Below, in pieces: positions 21,722 to 35,671 of a stretch of DNA of 64,000 nucleotides. This DNA comes from Eutreptiella sp. 'Long Island Sound 2002' (Eukaryota > Protista > Euglenida). A program made the position numbers and the translations under genes. The DNA lies in contig OZ038379.1 of NCBI GenBank assembly GCA_964036045.1, positions 6,944,001 through 7,008,000 on the forward strand, given 5' to 3'. A model generated the notes under the pieces. It did no database searches and was not told the DNA's origin. It saw nothing but the letters and a program-made list of their open reading frames with translations. Each line of letters begins with the position of its first letter. Positions within the stretch are counted from its first letter, which is position 1.

Positions 21722-21956
21722 CCAGAGATGTATTGGATATACTGGATCCTTGTATGGTCCCCCTGACCCCGGCGTCAAAGGTGCCAGAAAAAAAATTTTA
21801 AGCTTAAATCCTGTTGCACCAAAGGCGCAGAAGAAAATTCTGCCTCAAACAGTGGAACGGGAGGAGGGGCGGGGGGGGGGGGGAGAGGGGTCCAGCGGGG
21901 GGGGGGGGGGATCCCCCCTCCTCCGACGGTAAACGGTCGTTCTAATACATCCCTGG
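21722..21956. mobile_element. MITE-like element with 16-bp imperfect terminal inverted repeats
   Basis: ccagagatgtattgga (21722-21737) versus tctaatacatccctgg (21941-21956). Related end motifs at ~72-85 and ~11684-11697. No clear TSD. Confidence 0.45.
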
Positions 21957-23921
21957 CCTTTACACCATCTCCAGCAGATGCCTGTACATCAGCCCCCTCT
22001 CTTTCTGGCCCTCTTTCTGAAGGTCATGCCGTGCCCATTGCTGCACCCCTGCGCAACCCCATGCTGCGCCCTTGCGCCACCTTGCCCTGCGCCCCTTCGC
22101 GGTCCCACCCTGCGCCCCTGCGCAGCTCTGCACTGTGCCCCAAGAATTTGTACGCCGCCCCCGTGTGCGCCTTTCTGGTGCGGTCCTTCAGGTTTCGACG
22201 CAGAGTGGCTTCCTATGAGCAGCCATCTTCACGATCCGCCTCCTGTAGCATGGACTGCAAGCCGTTCCGAATTGGTACCGCCTGCTTGCTCCGCTCGCAT
22301 GTCCCATCGCCAACTGTAACCCCTCTTCCAGGACCCCAGGGTCAGTCCTCCTCCACCACGGATTTGCACGTGGGCTGTGCATCCGCCGGCTCCATTCTTC
22401 GCCTGAGAAGAGCGGGTGTGCGACTGAGAGACAGGGGGTTCCTTCGAAGACCTCTGGTATTTGTGGTCTCCCCCCCCCGGCCCAGAACCGTCCCCCACCC
22501 TCTTCCCTTTGCTCAGTGCCGAGTGTGCGCATTGGCGTTGCTTGCCGATGCTTTTGAGGTCTACCACGTTTTTGGGGGGTTCTTTTGACCCCCTCCCCTG
22601 AGTTTTGCTTAAAAGGGGGCGCGGGGGGTCTGGAACCCAAAAGTCCAACAGTTTGTGTACCAAAAAAATTAGCCCAAATCAATATTTCCTGTTGTACATT
22701 TCACTTTTTTCCCACAATGTTTCAAATCGCATCACTGGCTTCTGTAGGTTTGTCAGATGCTGCCTGTCAAAAAAATCAACCTCCTAACGCTTTGACGGCA
22801 CTATTAACCGCAAAAGCCAGGTACCACATGACTACGCGTATAAAGGCAACTTTTTTGGGACGAAATTTGAATATGTGCTCGCAATGTTGATGCTTCTTAT
22901 GAACAGATATGCAAGTTGCAAAGCTCGAAGATCATGAAATCATGGGTGTTGGTCAAATCGGGTCCGAGAGGGAGGGGTGTTAGCCCCCCCCCCCCCCAAG
23001 GAGATGCTGAGTTGTTAAGCAAAACTCTGCCCCTCCCCCACAAAAAAATTCTTAATGAATTGCTGCCATGACCTGCCACCCCTCGAGAAAATGGTGGGCT
23101 AACAGCGGTGTCCGAAAATGGCTAAAATCGCCAAAAATTAATCCAAATAACGCTGTGCAAAAACGGCCGAAACGCCTGAAAACAATACAACTACCGCCAT
23201 CCGAAAACGGCCAAAGCTGTGTCTGCGGCATATTGCACATCACCGGTCCCGCCCCCGCTCAGGCGCAAGATGTGAAGCCAATGGGTGTCCGTTTGTGGCT
23301 GTTGTGGAATCCGGGGATATCCGTGGCCTCCTGTTAAATCGGACACGAGCGTGCGGTACCGCCTTTGCTGGAAAAGATCACGGAAAGGCGTGCCAAGTGG
23401 TGCCGGCAACAATGATCACTTGGCAATGATCATCGCGGCATCATGGCAGGGGGTGGTGTCTTCTATGCATGTTGAATTTGTGTTTTGCTTTGCGCTGCCT
23501 ATGTTACCAATGCAACCTAAGTCTTGAGACTTGTCTCACCCCGCCCCCGCCCCCCCCTCTGGCAACATTCGGAACTGGTTGGCAATGGCCATATGCCTTG
23601 GGTGCTGTGGACGGGAGTCCCCAAGAAACTGGTGCACAAATTGCTTAACCAGTTTGCTGCCCCAATAGCACAGCAACCCGTACCTTCAACATGTGACCAC
23701 GCACCATGTTCAAAGCTCATATATGAAGGTGCGTAGTCTTGCCGCATTCATGTGAGTGGTACTCGTCGTGTGCCCACAGGTAACACAGTCCCCTCTACGC
23801 TTCGAGGTGTGTTGCCGAAGGCAATAGAGGTTTGGTTCGGCGCCTTTGGCCCCGGATTTCATGGCGAGTGCTGCATCGATGGTGGTTGGCGGTCAACGGC
23901 AGTGGCGGCAGGCGTTCACAC

Positions 23922-24026
23922 CACGGATGGTTGGAACAGGGCTGTATGACAGTGCGAGGGCCGACTGCAAAGACCATAGGCTGCAGTCTTGGTCTTGACG
24001 CGCACACGATGCCTCGCGCCAGACCT
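23922..24026. repeat. Dispersed ~105-bp repeat, second copy at 27254-27358
   Basis: cacggatg.ttg.aacagggctgtatgacagtgc.agggccgactg.aaagaccat.ggctgcagtcttggt...gcgccagacct in both. Confidence 0.8.
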
Positions 24027-26456
24027 GGGCCGGTCGGCACAGACGAGGGTGAGTACTTGAATGCTTGGCAGGAGCCTACTACTGCCAAACTGAGGAAACT
24101 TGTGCTGTGTGCATGTCAAATCACATCATATTTTTTGTAGTGCGCTTTGGCCTGTGGTGGTGGGGCTACGAGAATATGCCACACAAGCCCTACACAACTG
24201 TCGTGCAGGATTCGTTCCACAGAATTTCTCACCTGGAAACCCCCCCTTGGCCCAGAAAGAAGACTGGGTTGTGGCAGTAAGCCGGCAAGCGTTAGCAGCG
24301 CATGAAGCAGAAGAAAGCCCCGTCAGTGGCTGTGGAGGACCATGGGTACCTTTCTGTCACAAAGAGGGACGGATTGGTGGGCCCTCGATGAACAGGGGCA
24401 ATCAGCGGTTCAACAGCGGCGGTTGGCGGTCAACTGACGACGGTTGGCGGCTGGCAGGACGGTGCACCAGGTGCAGGGGGGGGGGGGGTCCCGAGGGCAG
24501 AAAGAAGAACAAAAAGGGCCCCCACAAGACCCGTGGCAACGCACTTTGCACAGTGCCCAACAAAGAGCATCATGCCGGTCCCCAAGGCCCCCCTTGTGGG
24601 CAGCACTTCTTTTCACGTAGGCACACACACACATACCGTCCCATGATGGTGCCCTCGTCAGGGCTCTGCAGCAGATCACTGGATTCGGGGTCCGCCCACG
24701 TCAGCTCCACCCACTTACATTGTGTAAGCACCAGCTGCTCCTACAACACGCAAGCCGTGCAGACTGGCGAGCGTTGGCCACGCAGGAGATCAAAGACCGG
24801 GGTTAATCTCCAAGATCAGCACAACTCATTTCACAGCCCATATCACATCCTGTACACATCTCTTGTGGCGCCCCCCCCCCCCTTTTGCAGGTGCACGCAT
24901 TTTGTGTGCACTAGGCAACCCCCCGCCCCCTTGTGGTCTGCCATGTGACAGACCCACTCGCCGGCCCACACATATCACACGCTGTGCAGATCCATTGAAG
25001 GGAACACCCGCTGGTGGCATCGCACAGTAAAAAATGAGCCAAAAGCGCACGAGTAACCCAAAAGCGGGCCCATGGTGCTTTAAACCTGGGCGGGCTTGGA
25101 AGAGGGAGTGTGGTAGGCGCAGGGGTATGCCCCTCAATCCGCACTATAAAATTCGCATTATTTTTCTGGGTTCACTTTTTCAGGTTTGGAGTAGTGTTAG
25201 GCCAAAAGAAAGGCCCTGATAACCCCAGCCCTACCCCTACTCCTGGAACACGGACCCTTCTTTGATTCGGATTAGCGGTCAGTGGTGGGGTTGTAGGAGA
25301 AGCAAAGTGAAGCACAGAGAAAAGGTCCTGCATTGGACAATGACACACAACAAAATTCTGTGCTGGGCAACTGCATTGACTTTGGTGTTCGCTAATCCTA
25401 CGCTTACTCAACTTTCCTCAACGTTGAAATGTGAAATCAGCAGCACCATTGGTATCATGATCCTGAAGCTACAATCTGTCAAACATAGGGCAAGGTGGGG
25501 GGGGGGGGGGTCCGCATACAGGGAATGGGCCCGCCTCCCGCCTTATGACCACATAATCTACATGGCATTGACAAAACCAGCATCAACATGGTGATTGTCC
25601 CGGTAAAGTGTGCAAGATTCACGCAAAAAAAATTAGCTGCCCGCCCCGACACGACCGCCCATCCACCCTGACACGCCTACCAGCCAGCCCCAACATGCCC
25701 GCCTGCCCACCGTGACACGCCCGCCTGCCCACCCTGAGACACGTGCCTGCCGGTGTAGACACACGTGCCTGCCCGCCCCACTGCGCCCGCCCGACACGCC
25801 CTCCCGCCCACACCAACACGCCAGGCTGCCCGCCCTGACACGCCCGCGACACACGTGCCCACCCGCCCGCCCACCTACCCTGACATGTGCATGCACCCCC
25901 ACATGCACGCGCTCCCGGACACGCCCCCGGCCACACACCCGCCTCATTTTGAGATAATAGGAAAATGAGGGGCTCAAAACCCGACCCCAGAGTTTTGCTT
26001 AAGGGAGGTGGGGGATGGGGGGGGTCCAAGGGGGGGAGGGGGGGCTCACCACAAATGTGTACCATAGTATCACAGTGCAGGTCAGCTTCGGCGCCTTGTA
26101 GAAATTTGCTTTGGCGCCTTCGGCGCCTAGTATTTCCTATGCTTTCTGGGCCAAGGTGACGGTTCCCCCCCTGGGGGCGGGGGGATTTCAAAGGGGGTAG
26201 GGAAGGTACCATTGACGAAGGGCAGTGGCAGCCTTCGTAGCCCATGCACTCCACCGCAAAAACTCTTTCGCCACATCTTCATACCCCATGCTTTGGCTCC
26301 GGGTCTGGCACTATTTCGGCTCATTTTCAACCCAGGGGAATCGCCCTTCAGCCACTACACTCTAAACACATACGCTGTGTAGAGGGGTGGAGTGCACAAA
26401 ACGTAGTGTGACGCACAGTCTGAAAGGCAGTCAACCTGCACTTTAGGGTCCATCAC

Positions 26457-26561
26457 CTTTTTTGTCTCCTTGGTCTCCTGCTGCTGCAGGGCCAATTTCT
26501 CGTTCAGCATGTCAACAAACTTCCGTTTGGCCTCGGCGTGCGATGGATCAGTGGATGCAAC
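26457..26561 (-). CDS. Candidate orphan phase-0 exon of an unknown gene
   Basis: tttgtctgtgttttcAG|VASTDPSHAEAKRKFVDMLNEKLALQQQETKETKK|GTgatg. 105 bp, helical and charged; partner exons not identified. Confidence 0.4.
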
Positions 26562-27712
26562 CTGAAAACACAGACAAACATGCTTGCAGTAAATCCGAAC
26601 CCAACAGTGACCTCCTGAGCAGACCCATGGGGTGCGTGCAGGAAAGGCTCAGTACGTGTGCCGGGTGATACAGATGTAGGCAGAGGGTTGGGTTTCACCA
26701 GGAAATTGTCCGGATTTTTTGTCGACAGACGGTCAGGAAGTGTTTTTTGGGAGATGAAAATGGGCCTTATGCCCACAGATGTGCTTCTGCCCCTTGGTGT
26801 TCCTCCAGTGCTGGCGACACCCATGGGGGGAGAGGGGGGGGGGGGTTCTGGATATCATGAAGCACTTCTACCCATGCGCAGACCGCGGTGCTGCTGCTGA
26901 GCACATTCCACTCATCCAACATCAACGCCTCTGAACTATCACTTTGGTGAGCGAGAGACCGGCCAGTCTGAGGCTATGAAGCGACAAACATCGAAACAGT
27001 CTTGAGAGCAATCAAAGCAAACACAGCGGGGGGGGGGGGGGCTGTGCCAGGGAAATTCTGCAGCAGCTTATTCTGATGGACGGGGGGGGGGGGGGGGCTG
27101 TGCCAGGGAAATTCTGCAGCAGCTTATTCTAATGGCACACATTCTATGCAAATTGTACAGTAGCCAGAATATGCCCATGGATCGTCACCGAGGTGGTCCC
27201 CTCCGTTGGGCAAGCCACCGTCGGCAGCCCCAAATGGCGGCAGCCGTTCAAATCACGGATGATTGAAACAGGGCTGTATGACAGTGCTAGGGCCGACTGT
27301 AAAGACCATCGGCTGCAGTCTTGGTGTTGCCACGCAGGCGATGCCCCGCGCCAGACCTTGAAAAACCTTGAGTGAGAGCACCTGGACACACTCAACGTGA
27401 TCGGGGCACGGTGCCAGTCACTGCAACACACACTGTAGGCTAGGAAACTGAACCCGAGGCTGGGAGATGGCCCACGCTACCCACAGCAATGCACACCCTT
27501 CTACCCACCACTGTGTGCAGGACACTATTCACATCATGCCACATCGTATCCAGTACCACCTCCCCCACCTCGCCTACATGCGATGACAACACTGCACACA
27601 GTGCCATCGCAACGGTTCAGCCTTGCAACCCCAGAAGTGTGGTCGTGCAATTTTGCTTCCGGTGGGGCTTTGCGTCATGTACGAGGGGTTCGTTCCACTG
27701 CCACGTCTTACT

Positions 27713-29272
27713 GCTGTTAGTCGCGTTGTTGGTGGGTAGTGACGAGGAATGTGGTGTGGTGGTGGGGGGGGGGGGGGAGGCATTTTTCTGGTGGTGGGGG
27801 TTGTAACCACAGGTTGAATCTGGGCCGGACGTCTGGGGCAAGGGGAAACAGGCTATGAGCACTCGGGAGTCCCCATTGGCCTACGTCCACCGTTGCCTCT
27901 TCTGTCAGGCCCTCTTCTCGCTGTGAGTCACGTTGTTGGTGGGCAGTGACGTAACGTGGTCTGATGGATGGGTGGGGGGGGGGGTGGCGCAGTTTTCTGG
28001 TGGTGGGACTTTGGAAATGGAGACATTGTGACATGTTGGTTGACTCCAAATGATTCATGCTGCACAGGGCATGTTCGTCGCTCGCTGGCACTTTCAGGTG
28101 CACAGTGCAGGTGCCAGAATTGAAATGGGAATGGGAGAGCCCTGTGACACGCTGGTTACCCTAAATGATTCATGCTGCATAGGGCCGGCTTGCTGCGCGA
28201 TGGCTCATGCAGGGCGTAGTGCGGGCAGTCAAATCGATTGAGTGGCATCCTACGGTTCGTTGAGTCCAAAGCATTCACCCTGCACTAGGCAGGTTCACTG
28301 TGCGCTGGCACATGCAGATGCATAGTGCAGGCACCAGTAGAAATGGGAATGGAAGAGCCCTGTGACTTGTTGGTCAACCGAAAGGTTCATGTTGCACAGG
28401 GCCGCTTTGCTGCGCGATGGCACATTCAGGGCACAGTGCAGGCATCAGAGTTGACTGAGGGGCACTCACCAGTTGGGAATGGGAGAATCTTGCGACGTGT
28501 TGGTTAACCCAAACGATTCATGCTGCATCGGATTGGTTCGCTGCACGCTGGTACTTTCAGGTGCTCAGTGCAGACATCAGAATTGACTGAGAGGCACTCA
28601 ACCGCAGGAAGTGGGAACTGGTGTTAAATGAATTTCGTGACGTTGGGCAGTGATGAGGAATGTGGCGTGACGGGGGGGGGATGGCAGTTTTCTGGTGGCG
28701 GGACGCTGCAACCACAACTGAATTTGGCCCGGACGTCCGGGGCAAGGGGAAACGGGCTATGAGCACTGGAGAGTCCCCATTGGCCTACGTCCACCGTTGC
28801 TCCTTCTGTCATGCCCTCTTCCCGCTGTTAGTCGCGTTGGTGGTGGCCAGTGACGAGGAATGTGGTGTGGTGGTTGGGGGGGGCGGGGTCGGCATTTTTC
28901 TCGTGGTGGGGCTTGCAACCACAGGTTGAATCTGGGCAAGACGTCTGGGGCAAGGGGAAACAAGCTATGAGCACTCAGGAGTCCCCATTGGCCTACGTCC
29001 ACCGTTGCCTCTTCTGCCAAGCCCTCTTCTCGCTGTGAGTCGCGTGAGGGGAGGGGAGGGTGGCGCAGTTTTCTGGTGGTGGGACTTTGGAAATGGAGAC
29101 ATTGTGACATGTTGGTTGACTCCAAATGATTCATGCGGCACGGGGCATGTTCGTCGCTCGCTGGCACTTTCAGGTGCACAGTGCAGGTACCAGAATTGAA
29201 ATGGGAATGGGAGAGCCCTGTGACATGTTGGTTACCCTAAATAATTCATGCTGCATAGGGCCGGCTTGCTGC
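27713..29272. repeat. Hierarchical repeat block: ~480-bp unit repeated at 1111-bp period with internal ~100-bp subrepeats
   Basis: 27713-28196 matches 28824-29272, with a partial third copy ~28645-28823. The gtgacatgttggtt...tgattcatgctgca...gctggcac.ttcagg.gcacagtgcagg subunit recurs about 7 times. Confidence 0.8.
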
Positions 29273-30966
29273 ACGCTGGCACATTCCAATAGCTTGCGGC
29301 GTCAAAATCTTGTGTCAATAGCTTGCATCAACAGTTGGTGCCAATGTCTTGTGTCAAGAGCTTGCGTCACTAGCTTGTGTCAATAGCAGGTGTCAATAGC
29401 TTGTGTCATGGTTTGCACTGGTTTGAAAATGTGCGGCAAGCTGACTAGCGCGGAGCCAAGGGGCACCCTGGTTCATCCCCCCCCCCCCACCCACCCCCAA
29501 CCCCCCAACTCCCCAAAGTTCTTGAACCCAGTTTGAGGCAATTTCAGGTTTTGGCTAATTGACACAAGCTCAGCACTGCCCTTTTGTGCAGGCTCAGTTC
29601 ACAGGAGCCCCTGCAAACCGCCCAAACCTTCAATTTTGAGGGGGCTTGACACTCCCCAGCCCTGTCCCCCTCTGTGTCTGTGTCCCACTCCCCTAGTACC
29701 AGGGCTATGTCCTATGTGCCCCTGAGCTGGGCCGTCCGTACCGCATCCCCGCCGTTGACCATATCTCTGCTGGAACTCGCCTCACGCTTGACCAAACAAC
29801 ACATACCGCTGCCGGGGACGAGGTACCCTTTGGGGTACTGTTGGCCTTTGCATATTATCGCGAGCTCTGCCCGCTGACTAGGGGCGATTCGGTGGTGGTG
29901 GTGGAAGTGTTGGCTTTGGCATGGACTTCCTGGCTCTACTTCTGCACGGCACTGATTCCATGTGAACCCACCATCGCAGTCATGGCAGCTGTAATAAGAA
30001 CGAGCGGGCGCCCTCATGACAAACCCAGTCTGTCTCCATCGATAGCCCCACCTCCTGGTGGAGACTCGACGGATGCGTTGTTTCATGGTGACTGTTGGAG
30101 TCTTGCTTGCCGGAGTTAGTGAGACTTTACGTTTGCTAAGATACTCAGTTTTTGTTTCTAGGATACACATTGGGTACGCCCTTTGGAGAGTTGGGGGACA
30201 CAAGGGATGGGACACCGTAGCACACACACATTGATATCTTTGCAAAGAAATATCGTCGGGGGGGGGGGGGGGGATAATTTGAAGGGGGATTTTTTTTGGG
30301 AGGCCCCAAATTAAGGTGGGAAAATTGTGGACATTTTGGCACATAGCATCCTTAATGTTGAAGAAGATATTGGCTAGGAGGGAGGGCTTCCACACAAGTA
30401 CTGCACAAGAACCAACAAAAACCACTAGTGTGTTTCAAAGCCGGCCCATCCCGCCCAAGTCTCGTTGCTTAATCAAATGGAGTTGGTGTCAATGTTACGC
30501 GGTGACGTTTCATCAGGTGAAATCCGGCCCTTTGGTCCATGCCTCATGGTAGTGATCGCCGTGTTTGTCAAGCTAGTGTGGTTGGGCGTGTAGCCCTTGT
30601 TCTTGGATAGCGATAACATGTGGCTCACGCTAGGTTTGGGTGGAGGTGGTGCAACGGCAAACCCGCTCGGTTGAACCAGCCTTTGCCCGCCCCCCCCCCC
30701 CCTCCACCCGCCCCTAGACCCTATGCTTGGGTCAACTTCTTCTGCACACCACCAATCAACACCTTTGATGTGCAACTCGCGGAGACTCGGTGACCACAAG
30801 CTTCCAATAGCGCCTAGTACTCCGATCTCGATTTGGAATGTCCGCAAAACACAAATGGTATTGTTCTCCATGCTTCGGCGAAGTATCCGAAGCATCATCT
30901 ACACATGACAAGTGAAAAAGACGAAGGCCGAGCTTTCTTGAGTTGAACACGAGCAACTAGCTTGTC

Positions 30967-31260
30967 TTGCAAAATTCCCGACGTTACGATCATTTTGGAT
31001 CGGTTCGGCATGGCAACCAAAACCCGTCAAACCAAGTGGCCGCGGAATTCGGGTTCGAGAAGGTGAAAAGATGGCTTCTAGGACTAGAGGACTACGAAGG
31101 TCACACAACAAATGACGCGACACTACGTGCGGTGTTGGTTACCTTGAAGCTTGCCGTGTGCACTTGTTTGGCGATACCATGAACGCACTTCGTGGATCCA
31201 AACATTGTCTACATCCCAGTCTACACAACAGAAGAAAATTGGTGGCCACTCGGCGTTCCC
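30967..31260 (+). pseudogene. Possible Ulp1/C48 peptidase-like relic
   Basis: Same frame gives AEFGFEKVKRWLLGLE...*THFVDPNIVYIPVYTTEENWWPL, resembling SENP/Ulp1 GY-xVKRW...D-IxIPV....HW. One in-frame stop; N at the catalytic His position. Confidence 0.3.
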
Positions 31261-31300
31261 AATGCTTTAGGACCACTTTCTTCTTGCTTTTTCATTCGTT

Positions 31301-31417
<117 letters not shown>

Positions 31418-31435
31418 CTGCCGAAAAATCGAATC

Positions 31436-31641
31436 CAAACTATACTCTATGCATTTTGGGCGACCGGCCTACTCCCTCTAGCAAAGGAGAAGAGGGAAAG
31501 AGGGTAGACGAGTGAGAGGAGCATCGGGATCATAGAAATGCCGCAAACTATACTCTATGTATTTTGGGCGACCCGCCTACTCCCTCTAGCAAAGGAGAAG
31601 AGGGAAAGAGGGTAGACGAGTGAGAGGAGCATCGGGGTCAT
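31436..31641. repeat. 98-bp direct repeat x2 (31436-31533, 31544-31641)
   Basis: caaactatactctatg.attttgggcgacc.gcctactccctctagcaaaggagaagagggaaagagggtagacgagtgagaggagcatcggg.tcat. Confidence 0.9.
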
Positions 31642-34351
31642 GAAATGTCGAAGTCCTTGTTGCGAGGAACCACGTCTCCTAGTGCTCCGGATTGGGCAAG
31701 CCTATTATTCTAGATCAATGCCCACCATGTATGCGGAATTCGAGAATTATTGTAGCTACATCTCGATGGCCGAGTTTCCTAAGAGGCGAAGCACGTCAAC
31801 ACGTAGAAATCATTAGGAAGCTATAGCCTCTATTATGAGCCGTCACGCAAGGAGCTACACTCGCTACAGTAGTTACATTAGGAACCCTTGTTATTTAGGT
31901 CCCTCTCGTGGACGTTCTACGAAATCTATACACGAAGAAGGCAATATCCATGGGAAGGGTTACCGGCCTGAATTGTTATGCAAAGGAAAGGGTTGCATCT
32001 CAATAGTCCCAGTTGGTGAGGCCTTTTTGTGTGATATTTTGGATGTGATCACCCAAACCGGAAAAACGTCAAGAGGCAAAGGAACAGATGCTGGCTATCC
32101 TTGTGGCTAGGATGGTTGAGCATACGTAGCACGTACAAAAATATAGGCGCAAAGGAAGGCGTGTAACGCTTAAAGATTGAGAAACAACCCATTTGTGGGT
32201 CGGGAAACACTGGATGATGCAATGCACAAAGCACTCACTCATCTGTTTCAGCTTTTTGCTAGTTGAACGCTTTCTCTTTGGGTTTTGCAACAACTTGACC
32301 CCCCTTGTTTTGGTGTTGTGATTGTTGGACCTTCGTTGGCTCCCCTTGTGTCTTCATTCACTTGGAAGACAGCCCAAAGTAGTGACAAAAGTTTCGATAT
32401 GCAGCACTCCTGCGATGAATTATTTCCGGATTTCCCGATATCGATTACTTCGTGTGAAAATGCAACTTATGTTCGACAGCACATCTAGCAAATAAATTTT
32501 CAATCGGAGAAAAAATTGGCATGCCTTCCGAATAACAAAATTTACCTGAGTAGTTGTTCTGTGCAGGCCGCGCACGCGACTCGAGTACCGTTACTTTTGG
32601 TTCACCACCACGTGTAAATCACCGTTCAGCATCTTTGTTTTTCAATATATATATCTATATATATATATACATATATATCTTTTTATTATTAGTATTTATG
32701 TACATTTTTGTGTTGTTCGTCATGGTAATTAATTGGCCATGAATTGGGAATTTAGCATGCATGGCTTCATGCATGGGCGTGACACATTCTTTGGCATCTT
32801 CACACAACTTGACACATGTGGATGCGCCAAGTGGCGGTTGCTGACACGCAATTTCAACCCATTTTGAGGAAAATGTCAACATTAGACAACGGGAATGCAT
32901 TTGTTTATTATTTAGTCGTGTTGACACTGCAAATTGAGTTGACCAATATGCCGCAAACATGCAGATCAAGACCCGCCTTTCAAGTATTACACCTTCTCTT
33001 CGGGGACTAGGCGATGTGATCCCCCCTGGATTAGAGTGGTGGAACCCTCCCAATGGACCGGATCACAGATTGGACATGGATATGACCCCCCACCCTCCTA
33101 ACCCCCCCAAAATGGATTAGAGAAAAAAATCCAACAAAGACCGTACGCGCGTGTACTGCCATGGAAGCCCCAACCACCAAGTCTTCCTGAACTTTCCAAC
33201 GTAGAGCCACGATGGGAGGCCACAAAGAGACAGGCACATGGCAAAGCAAATACATCCTTGACCATGCTAAATTTGAAAATTCCAAATTAGGTGCCCAAAG
33301 ATGAACTTGCCAAGCAGCATTGGGCAGATCACTCATGAGTCATGCTATCTTTGGGGGTCTTGAAGATGATGCGAGCACTACAAAGAACAACAAAGTTCTC
33401 GATCCATAAAGCAAAACTGAAGCAAGTTCCTAATGGACAACAAATGCTTGGTTTGCAACATTGCACACGTGTACACACACCACACACATGCACACACAAC
33501 ACAACAACGGTGAACGAGAGCCAAGGAGCCATGGACACCGCACACACCCCCACACAACACACGCACGGCGCACCGCAACAAACAATCACCAAAGTTCTTG
33601 ATGCACAATAAAGTTCCTCATTCATAAATGCAAAATTAATGACATGAAGACACGTTACCACGAAGCACACAAACTAATTGCCCAATGAAAGTTCTTGATT
33701 CTTCCAAAAAAAAACATAGCTACTATCCACACATCATCCACATCATCAACTTGCCACAATCCAAAATGCATCAAACGAGATTGGAGGGCTAGATTGGATT
33801 GATTGGAGGGCTAGCAGATAGCACAAAAGCAAAAGACAGTGCACATTGGACCAGGCGAAAAAAATTAGACACTCAAAAAAGACAAGCGTGCACGCCCATA
33901 AAAATGGATCAGGGTGTTGACCCCCCCCCCCCCCACTCCCCAAGGACCAGATCATGAATCGGGATTCCCCCCCCACCCATTCGACTCCCCTTCAAAATAT
34001 CCTTCAACCATCTTTGCTACCACCCAAGAAATGATGCCCTCTGCCACATCTCCACGGAAAACCTTTTGTACCTTTTGTACCTTTTGTTGTTGCACGTCGG
34101 AAGACGTGTTGGCAAGGGTTTGGATTGTACTTGCCTATTCCTATAACCTTCTACAGATTACACGGTGGGGGGCGGCAAACCGGGGCATGTTTATTTTGTT
34201 TATTTTGGTTGATTGGCTGGTGGTTGGTGGTTGGTATACATGACCAGTTCGCTTGCCTTTCATCGTGTTGCACGCGACGTTTTGTCAATACCTTCACACT
34301 TTCATCAAGATTTTGTGCCATGGGGTCGTGCGGATCCACTTCGTAGACCAG

Positions 34352-35671
34352 ATGGTTCATGGGCGTGCGGCATGGGTACTCTTGACGTGGTTGTTCGTGA
34401 GCGCCTCGGCAAGCCCATTCCGATACGCCACGATCAGTTACCAACGCGTGAAGGAGCCGGGGCACACTTCTTGGCAAACCTCGAACACGATCGAATTCTC
34501 GTCGACCTTTGCTTTTAATGCCTCGGAATTCGGGGAGGAAGACTTTGCGCCTGGGGACCCCTTTTCATACGGTGACCTTGTCATGCACTTCGGCGACGCG
34601 CAGTCAACCGCTTTTTCCAACGAAACTTGCGTCGTTACGTTGCACGATGACGTGGAGGACGTGGTCATCACGCAATGCAAGGTCACGCACACATACAGCC
34701 CCGTAGCGGTCGCGGCCTTGGACAACAAGGCCGCGGCGTACGTGGAGACGTGCTGCCGGCCGGTCGAGTTGCAGAACAACCCGAACACCACAATGCGGAT
34801 TGCCGCCGGGGTCGATTTCCGGAGCAACGCGACGTCCGGCATGGTGCTGGGGACGACCCCCACGGTGCGGATCTTCGTGCCGGTGGGGGAGCACAACTTC
34901 ACGTTCACTCCGGTGCTGATGGCCGACCCCTTGGGGCGGATCCCTCACTTTCGGTTCGCCACGAGCCAAGAAATGAGCGGCAGCGCAGAGGGCTCGGGGG
35001 CCCCGGACGGCATGACTATCGACCCCGTCACGGGGTCCATCACATGGGTCAACGCCACGGGGACGGTCAACGGGGGCCTCTACAGCCTCCAGCTCGTCGT
35101 CACCGACGGCGACCGGACCGCCGCCGTGGACTTCCTCGTGGAGCTGCACCACCTCGGCCGCCGCTGCGACGACGCCTCCGGGGCCTTCGCCGGGGTCGCG
35201 TGCGGCACCTCCGCGGAGTGCGGCGCGGGCGGCTGCGCGCTGCCCGACATCCCGACGTTCGTCGCCCCGTCACCGCCCGCCGGGACGCGGTACGTGGCAC
35301 TGGTGGGCGCCGCGCGCAACCTCTCCGTTGCCGCGCGCTCGCTGTCCTCGCATCCCGGCGGATACCTGGTGATGTCCCCGGGCTCAATTCCGCTGTATTT
35401 CGGGCCTCCCCGGCAAACCGGGCGCAACCCCCTGCAGCATGTCCACACGCTGTCGCCCTCTGTCAACCACACGAGCCCTGAGATCGTGTGCTGGACGGCC
35501 ACGTGGGTGAACACGTCGGTGTGGGAGATGACCACGTCGCTGCCGTACTGCCTGCAGGTCCAGCCCCTACTCGCCCCCTCGTACAGCACGGCCCCGCCGT
35601 CCGTGCACGGCTCCCAGGAGTTCGCCATCTATTTCGAGGGCCAGGCCTTTGCGGAAGGCGATCTGTTTCAG
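34352..35671 (+). CDS. Giant surface/secreted repeat glycoprotein, exon 1 (signal peptide, N-terminal domain with CCR motif, Ig/cadherin-like domain)
   Basis: ATG 34352 MVHGRAAWVLLTWLFVSASA is a signal peptide. PDGMTIDPVTGSITW...GLYSLQLVVTDG is Ig-like (He_PIG/cadherin style). Many NxS/T sequons. Donor CAG|GTGAGT at 35672, phase 0. Confidence 0.88.
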
